Below are positions 41,971 to 54,581 of a stretch of DNA of 54,581 nucleotides, piece by piece. This DNA is from Prorocentrum cordatum (lineage: Eukaryota), in the NCBI GenBank assembly GCA_963575745.1, contig CAUYUJ010000228.1, positions 62,001-116,581 on the forward strand. The letters run 5' to 3'. The notes under the pieces were generated by a model that was not told where the DNA came from, did no database searches, and worked only from the letters and a program-made list of their open reading frames with translations. The translations under genes and the position numbers were made by a program. Numbering within the stretch: the stretch's first letter is position 1; every line of letters starts with the position of its first letter.

Positions 41971-44900
41971 GTGGGGGGGGGGGGGCGGGTGCGAACTGGA
42001 GGAGGAGGAGGCGGAGGAGGAGGGGGCAGAACATGGAACAACTCCCAGATTGAAACATATCAATCCTTCGGACGTCCTTGAACGCCACGGACTCCCGCCT
42101 TGGAAGGGCCCGGGAATCTGCGCTGGATGGGCCCCGAGAGGATCGGTCAAGGGTTAGGTCGGGCATGTCCTCCCACGGCCGCATTTTCGAGTAAAAAAAT
42201 TATACATAGTCGAACAAACATCAAACATATAAACATAGTCTAAAGTCGTCCCCAGACTATTTTCTGTCTATTTTTGAATACTCCTCCTGTGGAGGGACAT
42301 GCCCGACTGAAGTCAAGAGGGGGGGTGGACGAGGGCACATCCGCTCAAAATCGGTCCCGAGGCCCCTCTCCGGAACCAAACGCACCAATCTTTCGAGCTG
42401 CGTCCAACAACGCCGACAAGGGGCCCCCCGAAAGCCAACTACCGTTATCTCAACTCGCCCTCCTCTGAGGATGTCCGGGAACACAGCGGACTGCCACCGC
42501 GCTCCTCCCCAGGCATCCGGCTGCTCCACTTTCTTCGATGCATGGGCCCCAGAGGCCTGCACTGCTTCTCTTGGGGCCGCTTTTTCTCGTCCCGGGGTCG
42601 TCTTCTGCTGGTGCCGAGGCCTGGCGAGGGCCCCAAAGGGGGACCGAACGCGGCCAAAAACCGCCCGCTCCAATGTGTGTTTTTGGAGCCTCGGACCTCT
42701 GGGTTTATCCTTAGGTCGGGCGCGTCCCCGTACAGGCGGATGTTGGACGAAGAATGAGAAATACCCCCCAAATGCCTAAAAATATTCAAAAATAGTCTGA
42801 AAATCGTCCCCCGATCATTTTTTTGACTATTTTTGAATATTCCTCCTGTAGAGGGACAGGCCCGACCTGAGTTTGTCCCGACCCGACGCAGGCACGGGCG
42901 CTGCTATCGGCTCAGCAGCGCAGGGGGTGCTCGCAGTCCGCGAAGGCCCTTGGCGCCCCCCGGCGCAGCAGGTCCGCCACCGGCGTGGGGGGCTGCAGGA
43001 TCACGTAGCCTCGCGTTGGGAGGCACACATCTCTGCGACGTGCTGCACACATTCCCAGACATGAACGCGTCGTTGAAAAAGCAGAGCGGCCAACTTTTCG
43101 CTATCTTCGGCCCCTGGGTGCCCTCGCCGGGCCCTGGGGCCGTCAACAAAACGACGCAGGATGAAAAACCGGCCCCAGAGAACGGGTGGGGACTTCTGGG
43201 GACGCCGTCCTGAAAAGATCAGGACATCGCATGTCTGGGTTCAATGCTCCCAGACTTCCAGCGTGCAACCGAACATGCATGCGATCCATGAAACGGTGTT
43301 CGAAGAAATCTGGGCCAGCTTCCCGATGTTTCCGAAGGCAAGCCTGGACCGTATCTTCGTGTTGACGCTGGAGGGGCGAGTGCGCTCAAGAAACTGGGCC
43401 AGCTTTCCGACGAGCTGGTCAAGAAACGCTGGCCCAGCTATTCGGAAGGAAGTTTCTCAATCAGATGCTCGACAGTACACCCAATGCTCCCAGACTTCCA
43501 GCGTAATGACGAATCAAGACAAATGTTGTCTGTCAGTCTCGGCCTCTGGGCCGTGAAAAAAACGGCTTGGGATGAACAGCTGGTCGCGGGGAAGGGGTCG
43601 TCTGGACCCAGAGATCCGACAAAATTGCAGCGGGCGGCTCAGCCGCCCGATACGCAACACGCAACATGTAGCGTGTTGACATGGAACTCCACAGATATAC
43701 TGAAAACGTACGTTGGCGCGATACGTTCGCCAACACGTGGGCCAACACGTTGAGCCAACACGCAGCGTGTTATCACGGACGTTTTGAACACGGCACGTGT
43801 TGCGTTTCAAAACGAGCGTATCAAGGCAGCTGGGAGCGGACGGTTTTTGGCTGTTTGCGGCCTCCTGGGGCCCTCGTTGGACATCGGCACCAGCAAAAAA
43901 CGACCCAGGACGAAACACCGGCCCTAGAGAAGTGGTCCATCCAGACCTCTGGGGCCCATGAATCGAAAAAATTGGAGCAGCCGGATGTCTGGGGACTTCC
44001 AGGGACCCCGTATTGAAAAACACTACCATGGCGAAGGACCCAACCACATGCAGCTGCTAGCGTCGCGAGGCAGGTGAGAGGAAGGAGGGGGTTTGGCAAG
44101 AAAGTTGGGGAGTGGATGGGGAGAAAAACGCACATGGGTGGGCGGGGAGGAGGAGGGGGAAGAGGAAGGAGAGGAGGAGGGCCGCGATCTGCGTGAGGGG
44201 TGTGCCGAAATCGGCGCGGCGCCGCCATCTAAACTTTCCACGCGGCGGCCCTGGGTGAGTTTCAGTGGGGGCGGGTGCGCAATGCGAACCCTACCATAGG
44301 AGCCGTAGGAGGAGCACCCTGCGGAGCCACGAAGCGCGTGAGGGGTGCGCCGAATTGGGGGCGGGAGCGCCATGCGAACTCTGCCGCTGAGGCCTTCGGT
44401 GGGGCTCCCTGTGATGGCACTAGCGTTCGCGGGGTGTGCTGCATCGGGTGCGGGGGCAGCATGCGGGCCCTGTCGCTGGGGACTTCGGTGGAGTGCCATA
44501 CAGGGCCCCGACACGCGTGAGGGGTGTGCCGAGTCGGGCGCAGGTGCGCCATGTGGACCCTGCCGCTGCGACGCACGGAACACATTCCGTTTAACTTGCA
44601 CCCTCTAGCATCTTCTATCCCGTGTCCCATCTCAAGACTGCACGCTCATGCTTCAGTATGGTCGGGCCATGAGAACGCTTAAGGTGTAGTGCATGGTTCG
44701 CCTTACTATCTTGCCTTCGACTTGGTAGCAAAGAACTGGCCTCACTACCGTGTGACTGGCGCTGCCTCTTTTGCCAGTATTCCACGGCACAATTTGATGG
44801 ACTGCCAGCATGGTGGTTCTTGCCGTGCAAACGTTCCTTCGCAGAAGGAAGTCAGGCCATTGACTTCGTGTGACGATGCACCAGTCGACAGCCACGTCGA

Positions 44901-46249
44901 CAAATACGTGTGCGCCACGGCTATGCGCCACTACATTCCCAATCACCACAAACAGCTAATTGGCAACAAGTTTCACTACAATGTTATCCTACGTGGCTCG
45001 ATGCCACCGCGCGGACAGGCGCCGACACCCATCCGAAAGCTGACGGCCACGCCAGCACCAGAAAAGCAAGATCATCACATCCGTGACCAACTCACTATGC
45101 ACTTTATCAAGATCACAATTCTTGGCATCATACGGATATGCCTCGGTCTTGCAATTGGGTGCATGAACGCGGATGGGGCGAGTGCCCGCGATAATTCGCT
45201 GGCCCAACGGGCCAGAGGCGTGCTAGAATCTCCGGTGACTGGTTCAGCGTTTTCCAGTTCGCGTGCGCGGGGCCGCCTCTGGGGGTCCCATGCCGCAAAA
45301 TACGGTTTTGCTCCTAGCAAGGTATGGCAAGGTCCTGGCAAGTCCGCCTCAGAGATGGTCTTGCTCCTGGGCGCCGCCTTCAGGGCCCCCCCGAAAACCT
45401 CAAGAAGGGCCAAGATGCCCCGAAGAGGTCGCCAAGATAATCTCAGAGGGCTACGAGACGCCGCAAGATCGCTCCAAGACGCCCAGGATTACCCCAAGAC
45501 AGCTGAAGAAGCCTTCCAGACGCCCCGAAAAACCTCCAGAAGAATCCCCAAGAAGGCCCCTACGAATTTTCCGATGCTTTCTCGTTCTCGCATTTTCAGC
45601 GTCTCGATGCTCCAAGACTGGCCAAGAGGCCCACAATAATCTCGCCTCAAGACGGCCAAAGAGACCCCTGATAACGCCCCGGCACGGTACAAGCGGGCGC
45701 CAAGACGGCCCAAGAGGCCTCCAAACGGCCTACAAGAGCCCCAGGACAGACCCAAGAAGGGCCCCAGAGGAGGAGCCCGAACGGAAATTTGGACCCTTCG
45801 GCCCCAAGAGGCGCCCAGGAAGCCCCAAGATGCCTCCAAAAACTCCCCAAGAGTCCCCCAAGACCCTCCAAGACAAGCCGAATAGGCACCCAAGAGGCTT
45901 TCAGGAGGCCCCTAAGATGCCCCCAGGAGGCCTCAACAGGCCCACAAGAGAGCCCACGAGGCCCCCAGGAGGCCCCCTGGAGGCAACACGAGGCTCCCAA
46001 GAGGCCCCCAAACGACCCCTAAGAGGCCACGAACGCGCAAGCAAACGCCTGCAATGGCACAATACGGGCCAGTGGAATGAGCGAACCGATTAATTAAACA
46101 TACCCCCCCTCAACGCCTGAGTGTTGATTCTCGCAAGCCAAGACAGAGTTGGTCGGGGGAGAGTGGCGGCGAGGCCGAACTACATTATCGCCAAGGTACA
46201 AGTCGAAGTTGCGATCTTACTATGTTGAGTAGCGTATTATACCTACTAC

Positions 46250-46321
46250 GAGGACTACTACTACTACTGCTGCTACTACTGCTACTACTCGTATTACTAC
46301 TACTATTACGGCAAAGGCTGC

Positions 46322-46385
<64 letters not shown>

Positions 46386-46404
46386 CGTAGTCGTAATCGT
46401 AGTC

Positions 46405-46435
<31 letters not shown>

Positions 46436-46441
46436 CAGTAA

Positions 46442-46509
<68 letters not shown>

Positions 46510-46944
46510 CTACTACTACCATTACGCCTCCTCCCACCAGCACTACAACTACTACAACTACTACCACCACTGCCACTACGTCATCTACTCCTACTACTAC
46601 TCTACTCCTGCTACTACTCTCACTGCTGCTACTACTGCTACTACTGTTACTACCACTACTACTGCTGCTACTACTACTACTACCACCACCACCACTACCA
46701 CTACCAGTACTACTACTACTACTACTACTACTTGCCTACTAATACTTACTACTACTAGTACTTACGTTTTAGTACTTATTACTGCTACTACTACGAATAA
46801 CTACTGAATACTACTACTACTACTAATATACTACTACACTACCCCTACTGCTATCGACACTATTTCGACGCCTACTTACTGTTAACACTTACACGACACT
46901 ACACTGCCATGCCACTGCACTACTACTACTACGAGTACTATACG

Positions 46945-46997
<53 letters not shown>

Positions 46998-47019
46998 GAC
47001 TACGACTACTACTACGACG

Positions 47020-47102
<83 letters not shown>

Positions 47103-47121
47103 AACTTCTTCTTCTACGACA

Positions 47122-47156
<35 letters not shown>

Positions 47157-48253
47157 TTCTACTTCTACTTTTACATATATATATACTACTACTACTAGGC
47201 CTACGTCTACTGTATCATCCTGTGCTCACTCCCCCCACGGGCGATATCTGCACCCCCGTGTATTACGATTTCCGTCAAATCTCCGGGATGAGCTCCCCCA
47301 TGCGAAGTCTCGAAAACCTTAGTCCGAAGTCACTTCTCCCTCCTCCCTCCTCCATCCCCTAATGCTCATACTACACCTACTACTACTTGTACTTGTAGTG
47401 TAATTGTACTTGTACTAGTAGTAGTAGTGGTAGTAGTAGTCGCAGTAGTAGTAGTACTACTACTACTAGTACGGCGGCTACTACCACTATTGCTGCTGAT
47501 ACTATTACTACTACTACTTCTGCTGCTGCTACTACTTCTGCTAAACTACCACTACTACCCCTGCCACCACAACTACTACTATTACTACGACTACTACTAC
47601 AACTAAAACTACTACCACTACTACGGCTACTACCTTTCGTATTACTACTTCACTGCTGCCCCTACTAATACTACTATTACTTCTACTATGTTTACTGATA
47701 GAATTACTACTATCACTGAATTAGTATGATTAATGATATTATTGTTGTTATGAATACTACTGCTGCTACTACTACTACTACCAATACTACTAGTACTATG
47801 ACTACTCCTACTACACCTACTACTACTACTACTACTGCTGCTACTGCTACTACTACTAGTACTAAGGCTACGGCTACTACGGCTACGACTACGACTACGA
47901 CTACGACTACGACTACGACTACGACTACGACTACGGACTACGACACGAATACTACTACCACTACTACTACTAATACTACTACTACTACTTACTACTACTA
48001 CTACTACTAGCTACTACGACTACTACTACTACTACTACTACTATCACGAGTACTACCCTAACTTCAGACTACTACTACTACTACTACACTACTACTACTA
48101 CTCTACCTCTTACTGCGACTAATACACTAATGCTACTACTATACTACTACTACTACTATACTACTACTACTTACTAATACTTCTACTTCCACTTCCTAAC
48201 TTTCTACTCTCCATACTACCACTACCACTACTATTAACTACTATTAACAACTA

Positions 48254-48316
<63 letters not shown>

Positions 48317-48321
48317 TTACT
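46250..48321 (+). repeat. Compound (CTA)n/(TAG)n microsatellite region
   Basis: Direct reading; a second block lies at 50141-51000. Confidence 0.95.
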
Positions 48322-49027
48322 ACTCCTATCCTTATTCCTTATTGGAATATACTCCTACTCCCCCCTCAGGCCGGCAGATAGCGGGCGCATCCGGGTGGTC
48401 CCATCCTAACCTGTAAAAAAACAATACAAAATCAACATTTTTCTTATTTTTTCCTCTCGACATGGACGTCCTGTCGTCCACGGCGATAATCCATTGCAAA
48501 AAATACCACAAAGAGCACACGCGCGCGTTCATGTCAGAATCCTACCGAACACCGTGTGTTTGCAAGCATTTCAACATAAAAAACATCAAAAACCAAATGC
48601 TTTTTCACAAAAATTGTACAAATTTCCCGCCCGGGCTCTCTTGCTGAAATCATAGGAAAACCATAGGAATCTTAAGAATTCGGTCAAATCCAGCGATTTC
48701 ACGTCATCGCGCGGTGCACTCGCGATGCCCTGTCATGCACCCAGGCCGCGAATCCTGTGCAAAAAATACCACAAAGAGCACACGCGCGCGTTCATGTCAG
48801 AATCCTACCGAACACTGTGTGTTTGCAAGCATTTCAACATAAAAACATCAAAAACCCAATGCTTTTCACAAAAATGCTTTGGGGTGTCCTGTCAGACCGT
48901 CGGGCTTCCTCCGGCCACCTCTGGCTTCCTGCGGTGTACCGGGCCATTCTCGACTCGTCTGGCAATGCGTGCGCGGCATTCAACACGCGCTCGCCAGTTC
49001 CGTCGGCAACCGCCATCGCCCCCCCCC

Positions 49028-49088
<61 letters not shown>

Positions 49089-49108
49089 TTCCCCCCCCCC
49101 CCCCCCCC

Positions 49109-49145
<37 letters not shown>

Positions 49146-50140
49146 ACCCCCCACCCGCCACACCCCACCCCCGGCCGAATCAGCTGTACCAAACCGGCTG
49201 GCCGGTGTGACTTCGGCCCCCAGTTGTGCCAGCTTTGCTTCTTATGTTGTGGGAGGGCGGGTGGGACTGGGCATGCCATGCGTGACTCGCTCGAGCTGGC
49301 TAGCTTGACTCCTATCCTTATTCCTTATTAGAATATACTCCTACTCCCCCCTCAGGCCGGCCATTAGGGGCCGCATCCGGGTGGTCCCATCCTAACCTGT
49401 AAAAAACAATACAAAATCAACAGTTTTCTTATTTTTTCCTCTCGACATGGACGTCCTGTCGTCCACGGCGATAATCCATTGCAAAAAATACCACAAAGAG
49501 CACACGCGCGCGTTCATGTCAGAATCCTACCGAACACAATGTGTTTGCAAGCATTTCAACATAAAAGCATCAAAAACCCAATACTTTTTCACAAAAATTG
49601 TACAAATTTCCCGCCCGGGCTCTCTTGCTGAAATCATAGGAAAACCATAGGAATCTTAAGAATTCGGTCAAATCCAGCGATTTCACGTCATCGCGCGGTG
49701 CACTCGCGATGCTCTGTCATGCACCCAGGCCGCGAATCCTGTGCAAAAAATACCAAAAAGAGCACACTCGCGCGTTCATGTCAGAATCCTACCGAACACT
49801 GTGTGTTTGCAAGCATTTCAACATACAAACATCAAAAACCCAATGCTTTTTCACAAAAATGTTTTGGGGTGTCCTGTCAGACCGTCGGGCTTCCTCCGGC
49901 CACCTCTGGCTTCCTGCGGTGTACCGGGCCATTCTCGACTCGTCTGGCAATGCGTGAGCGGCATTCAACACGCGCTCGCCAGTTCCCGTCGGCAACCGCC
50001 ATCGCGGCCGCATCAGCTGTACCAAACCGGCTGGCCGGTGTGACTTCGGCCCCCAGTTGTGCCAGCTTTGCTTCTTATGTTGTGGGAGGGAGGGTGGGAC
50101 TGGGCATGCCATGCTTGACTCGCTCGAGCTGGCTAGCTTG
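48322..50140 (+). repeat. Tandem duplication (986 bp and 833 bp); the first copy has a ~150-nt poly(C) insert
   Basis: Units start actcctatccttattccttatt at 48322 and 49308, and both end gctggctagcttg. Confidence 0.93.
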
Positions 50141-50838
50141 ACTCCTACTCCTACTCCTACTCTACTTCCACTACTTCTACTATTTCTTCTACTACTACTA
50201 CAACTGCTACTACTCGTACTACTGCTACTACTACTACTACTACGACTACTACTACTACTACCACTACTACTCCTACTTCTACTACTACCACTACTACTGC
50301 TACTACTACTACTACTACCACCAATCCTTCTACTACTACTTCTACTACTACTTCTTCTACTACTACTACTACTAGAACTACTACTACTCGTACTCGTACT
50401 CGTACTCGTACTCGTACTCGTACTAGTACTAGTACTCGTACTAGTACTCGGTACAGTAGTACACTATGCCCACTACTAATTTCGAACGAGACGTTACTAC
50501 TTACTACTACCACTACTACTGCTACTCCTAAAAACTTCTTTTTTACTACTGACTACTACTACTACTACTACTGACTACTACTAATAACTACTCGTATGTC
50601 GACTACTTACTACGTTACTCTACTCCTACTACTACGGCTGCTACTATACACTACTAATTATTTATATATTTTAAATCACATTACTACTACTAACTACTAC
50701 TACTACTACTACTTTACTACTACTACTAATAATACTACTTACATACTAACTACTAACTACTACTCTACTACCTACTAATACTACTATACTATACTTACTA
50801 CTTATACTACTACTACTACTACTACTACTGCTGCTGCG

Positions 50839-50872
<34 letters not shown>

Positions 50873-50917
50873 ACGACTACGACTACGACTACGACTACGA
50901 CTACGACTACGACTACG

Positions 50918-50982
<65 letters not shown>

Positions 50983-51130
50983 GACTACTACTACGACTAC
51001 ATCATGTACTCGCGCCCCCCCGCAGGCGATATTTGATCCCCAAATTTTAAGAAGCGCCGGAGATTCCCCGAGATGAGCACCCCCCAAGCGAGGACTTGAA
51101 CACCTTCTTGATTTTTCATCAAAATATCCG

Positions 51131-52214
51131 GGCGAAGGACCCAACCACATGCAGTTGTGGGTACCGCAATTCTGAATATCTTTTTCGGTGAAGCTCCCTA
51201 TGGGGCCACGAAGCGCTGCACTGGGTGGTGGGGAACGCATGCGGGCGGTAGCACGGTCCCGCTGGGGGCTTCGGTGGAGTTCCCTATGGGGCCACGAAGC
51301 GCCATACTGGTGGGTGAAAATGCCAACTTGGGCTTCTGGGGCGCATGCGGACGGTCCCACTGGGGGCTCCGGTGAAACGCTGTTGCTGGGTGGGTGAAAA
51401 AAACAAATTAGCTTTCTGGGCGCATGCGGACGGTCCCACTGGGGGCTTCGGTGGAGCTCCTGGGCCACGAGACGTTGTACTGGTTGGGTGCAAGTGGCAA
51501 CGTGGGTATGTGGCACGCGTGTGGGCGGTCTCAATGGGGGCGTCGATGGAGCTCCCTATGGGGCCACGAAGCGCTGTACTGGATGTGGCGGACGCATGTG
51601 GCCACCCCCACTGGGGCCTTACGTGGAGCTCCCTATGGGGCCACGAATCGCTGTACTCGGTGTAGCGGACGCATGTGGCCACCCCCACTGGGCCCTTACG
51701 GTACTGGGTGTGGCGGACGCATGTGGCAACCCCCACTGGGGCCTTACGTGGAGTTCCCTGTGGGGCCACGAAGCGCTGTACTGGGTGTGGCAGAAGCATG
51801 TGGTAGCCCCCCCCTGGGGCCTTACGTGGAGCTCCCTATGGGGCCACGAAGCGCTGTACTCGGTGTGGCAGACGCATGTGGTACCCCTCCCCCCTGGGGC
51901 CTTACGTGGAGCTCCCTATGGGGCCACGAAGCGCTGTACTTGGTATGGCAGACGCATGTGGTCCCCCCCCCTGGGGCCTTACGTGGAGCTCCCTATGGGG
52001 CCACGAAGCGCTGTACTGGGTGTGGCAGAAGCATGTGGTAGCCCCCCCCTGGGGCCTTACGTGGAGCTCCCTCTGGGGCCACGGAACGTTGTACTGGGTG
52101 GGTGAAACGCATGGAGGAAGGAGGAGGGGGAGGAGGAGGGAGGAGGAGGAGGAGGAGCAGACGCGGGGACCGTCTCATCAAAACGAGGACCCAACACCAC
52201 AGGATGGTTGGGAA
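51131..52214 (+). repeat. Satellite cassette: conserved head, ~78-bp tandem units, (GGA)n, conserved tail
   Basis: Head is shared with 44030-44053 and tail with 54093-54129. Unit core ggagctccctatggggccacgaagcg. Confidence 0.8.
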
Positions 52215-52629
52215 CCAAGGAGGTCTCCGGGGGCGGCATCGCGGCCTGCTCACCTCCCGATCTTCATCCCCCCTCCTCATCCTCGTATGGACATCATCAT
52301 AATTCTCCTCATCCTGACCCCCCTCAACCTGACCGGAACTGCCTCGCCATCACCAGTAGCAGTGCGCCCTCCAAGAAAACGAGCACGGGGGGGAAGAGGT
52401 GGGAGGAAGCAGGAGAAAGAATGGGGCGGGAGAGCGCAGGAGGAGGAGGAGGGAAAAAACAAGACAATAGGGACGGAGTCGGGAGGCAGAGGGTGGCTGG
52501 AGGGAGTTTCTGGCTAGGTCTGGGCTCGCTGAAACGCTGTGTGGGCTCGCCTCTGGACATCGATCTCGGCCCCCTGGGTCCGCTTTCGGGCCCCGGAGCT
52601 CTGACAAAAAGTGATTACTCCGATCCTCG

Positions 52630-54129
52630 TGAGGGGTGCGCCGACATGGGGCGGGCGGGGCCGCCATGCAAACCCTACCACCGGCGCCTTCGGTGGAGCT
52701 CCCTATGAGACCAAGAACTGTGTGAGGGGTGCGCCGACATAGGGCGGGGCCGCCATGCAAACCCCGCCACTGGCGCCTTCGGTGGAGCTCCCTATGGGGC
52801 AACGATCCTCGTAAAGGGTGCGCCGAAATGGAACGGGGCTCTCATGCGAACCCTGCGACTGGGGCCTTCGGTGGAGCTCCTTATGGTGCCACGAACCGCG
52901 TGATGGGTGTGCCGAAATGGGCCGGGGCCACCAAACCCTGCCACTGGCGTCCTCGGTGGAGCTTCCCACGGGGCCACGAGCCGTGTGAGGGGTGTGCCGA
53001 AATGGGCCGGGGCCGCTATGCGAACCCTGCCACTGGCGCCTTCGGTGGAGCTCCTTATGGTGCCACGTTGGGCATTAGCTCGAGCTCCTTGTGGGGCCAC
53101 GAAACGTGTGAGGGGTGTGCCGAAATGGGCCGCCATGCGAACTTTCCCTCTGGGGCCTTCGTCGGAGCTCCCTATGGGGCCACGAAGCGTGTGAGGGGTG
53201 TGCCAAAATGGGCCGGGGCCGTCATGCAACCTTTCCCTCTGGGGCCTTAGGTGAAGCTCCCTATGGGGCCACGAAGCGTGTGAGGGGTGTGCCGAAATGG
53301 GGCGAGGCCGTCATGCGAACTTTCCCTTTGGGGCCTTAGGTGGAGCTCCCCATGGGGCCACGAAGCGTGTGAGGGGTGTGCCGAACTGAAGCGAGGCCGC
53401 CATGCAGCCTTTCGCTCTGGGGCCTTAGGTGGAGCTCCCTATGGGGCCACGAAACGTGTGAGGGGTGCGCCGAAATGGGGCGAGGCCGCCATGCAACCTT
53501 TCCCTCTGGGTCTTTAGGTGGAGCTCCCTATGTGGCCACGAAGCGTGTGAGGGGTGTGCCGAAATGGGGCGAGGCCGTCATGCGAACTTTCCCTTTGGGG
53601 CCTTAGGTGGAGCTCCCTATGGGGCCACGAAGCGTGTGAGGGGTGTGCCGAAATGGGGCGAGGCCGTCATGCGAACTTTCCCTCTGGGGCCTGAGGTGGA
53701 GCTCCCCGTGGGGCCACGAAACGTGTGAGGTGTGTGCCGAAATGGGGCGGGGCTGGCATCGCGGATGCTCAGGATGACTATGAAGCAGAGGTTGATGATG
53801 ATGATGATGATGATGCTGATGATGCTGATGATGATGATGATGATGATGATTATCATTATGATGATGCTGATGATGATCATCATTCTGATGATACTGATTA
53901 TGATGATGATTATGATGATGGTGATGATGATGATGACGATGACGATGATGATGATGAGGATGATGATGATGATGATGGGGGGGAGGGAGGAGGGGGAGGA
54001 AGAGGAGGAGGAGGAGGAGGAGTGAGTGAGTGAGTGAGTGAGTGAGTGAGTGAGTGAGTGAGTGAGTGGGTGGGACGCGGGGCGCCGTCTCTTCAAAACG
54101 AGGACCCAACACCACAGGATGGTTGGGAA
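52630..54129 (+). repeat. 89-bp tandem satellite followed by (GAT)n, (GAGT)n and the conserved tail
   Basis: ggccacgaagcgtgtgagggg recurs at 89-bp spacing from ~53176 to ~53710. Confidence 0.9.
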
Positions 54130-54581
54130 GACATTGCACGGTGTGTAACCAAAGTGAAAGTTAAGCAAATACTGTTGCGCGCCGCTTGAACCAAGCGCCA
54201 ACGATTAGACGTTCGCTTTGCTCGCCTTTCAACTCCGTCCAAAGTCAGGAAACCCCCAGGAGGGCCCCAAGACGGCCCAAGGGGGTTACAAGAAGGTCCC
54301 AGAGACAACGGCGCCCGAAACGACCCAAGAGGGCTTCGCAAAGACAGCCCCAAGAAGGGCCCACGAGGGGAGCACGAACCGAACATCGGAACCCTCCGCC
54401 CCAAGAGGCCATTCGGAGACCCAGAGGAGGCGCGGGGGCGGAGGGAGGCGCCTGCGTCTGCCACCGTCGCCTCGGAGGCCGGGGTGGTGTCCTCCGCTGC
54501 TGGGTGGTCCGCGCCCTCGCCGCCTGCGGCCCACGGCTGACAGGGCGCATGTTGGAGGAGGAGGTGGGGGAGGAGGAGGAG

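Noticed and set aside
44689..46093. 316-aa and 276-aa ORFs
   Set aside because: No recognisable motifs, and they largely overlap the CCCCAAGA repeat.

Overview
Repeat-rich, GC-rich eukaryotic DNA. Two exact copies of the 22-nt dinoflagellate spliced leader (DCCGTAGCCATTTTGGCTCAAG) indicate a dinoflagellate; Prorocentrum-like is an inference from GC content and repeat style. The main structure is a nested pair of non-LTR retrotransposons, each starting with a full spliced leader (SL) and ending in oligo(A). The outer element is decayed and lies on the minus strand (21896 to 5225), inserted in a (GGA)n tract. It carries a RanBP2-type zinc-finger/coiled-coil ORF1 and a broken APE-RT-RNase H ORF2. 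Its RT is split just after the YIDD motif by a 10.3-kb plus-strand unit (7261-17590). That unit runs: SL plus relic SL, an unknown frameshifted ORF, a perfect 48-bp palindrome, an RS-rich/WW-domain ORF1, an intact 1332-aa APE-RT ORF2 with an unusual RT insertion, then poly(A). The rest of the window is degenerate pseudogene fragments, microsatellites, several satellite families, a TIR-bounded element containing a foldback, and tandem duplications. No intact host gene, rRNA, tRNA or CRISPR array is supported.
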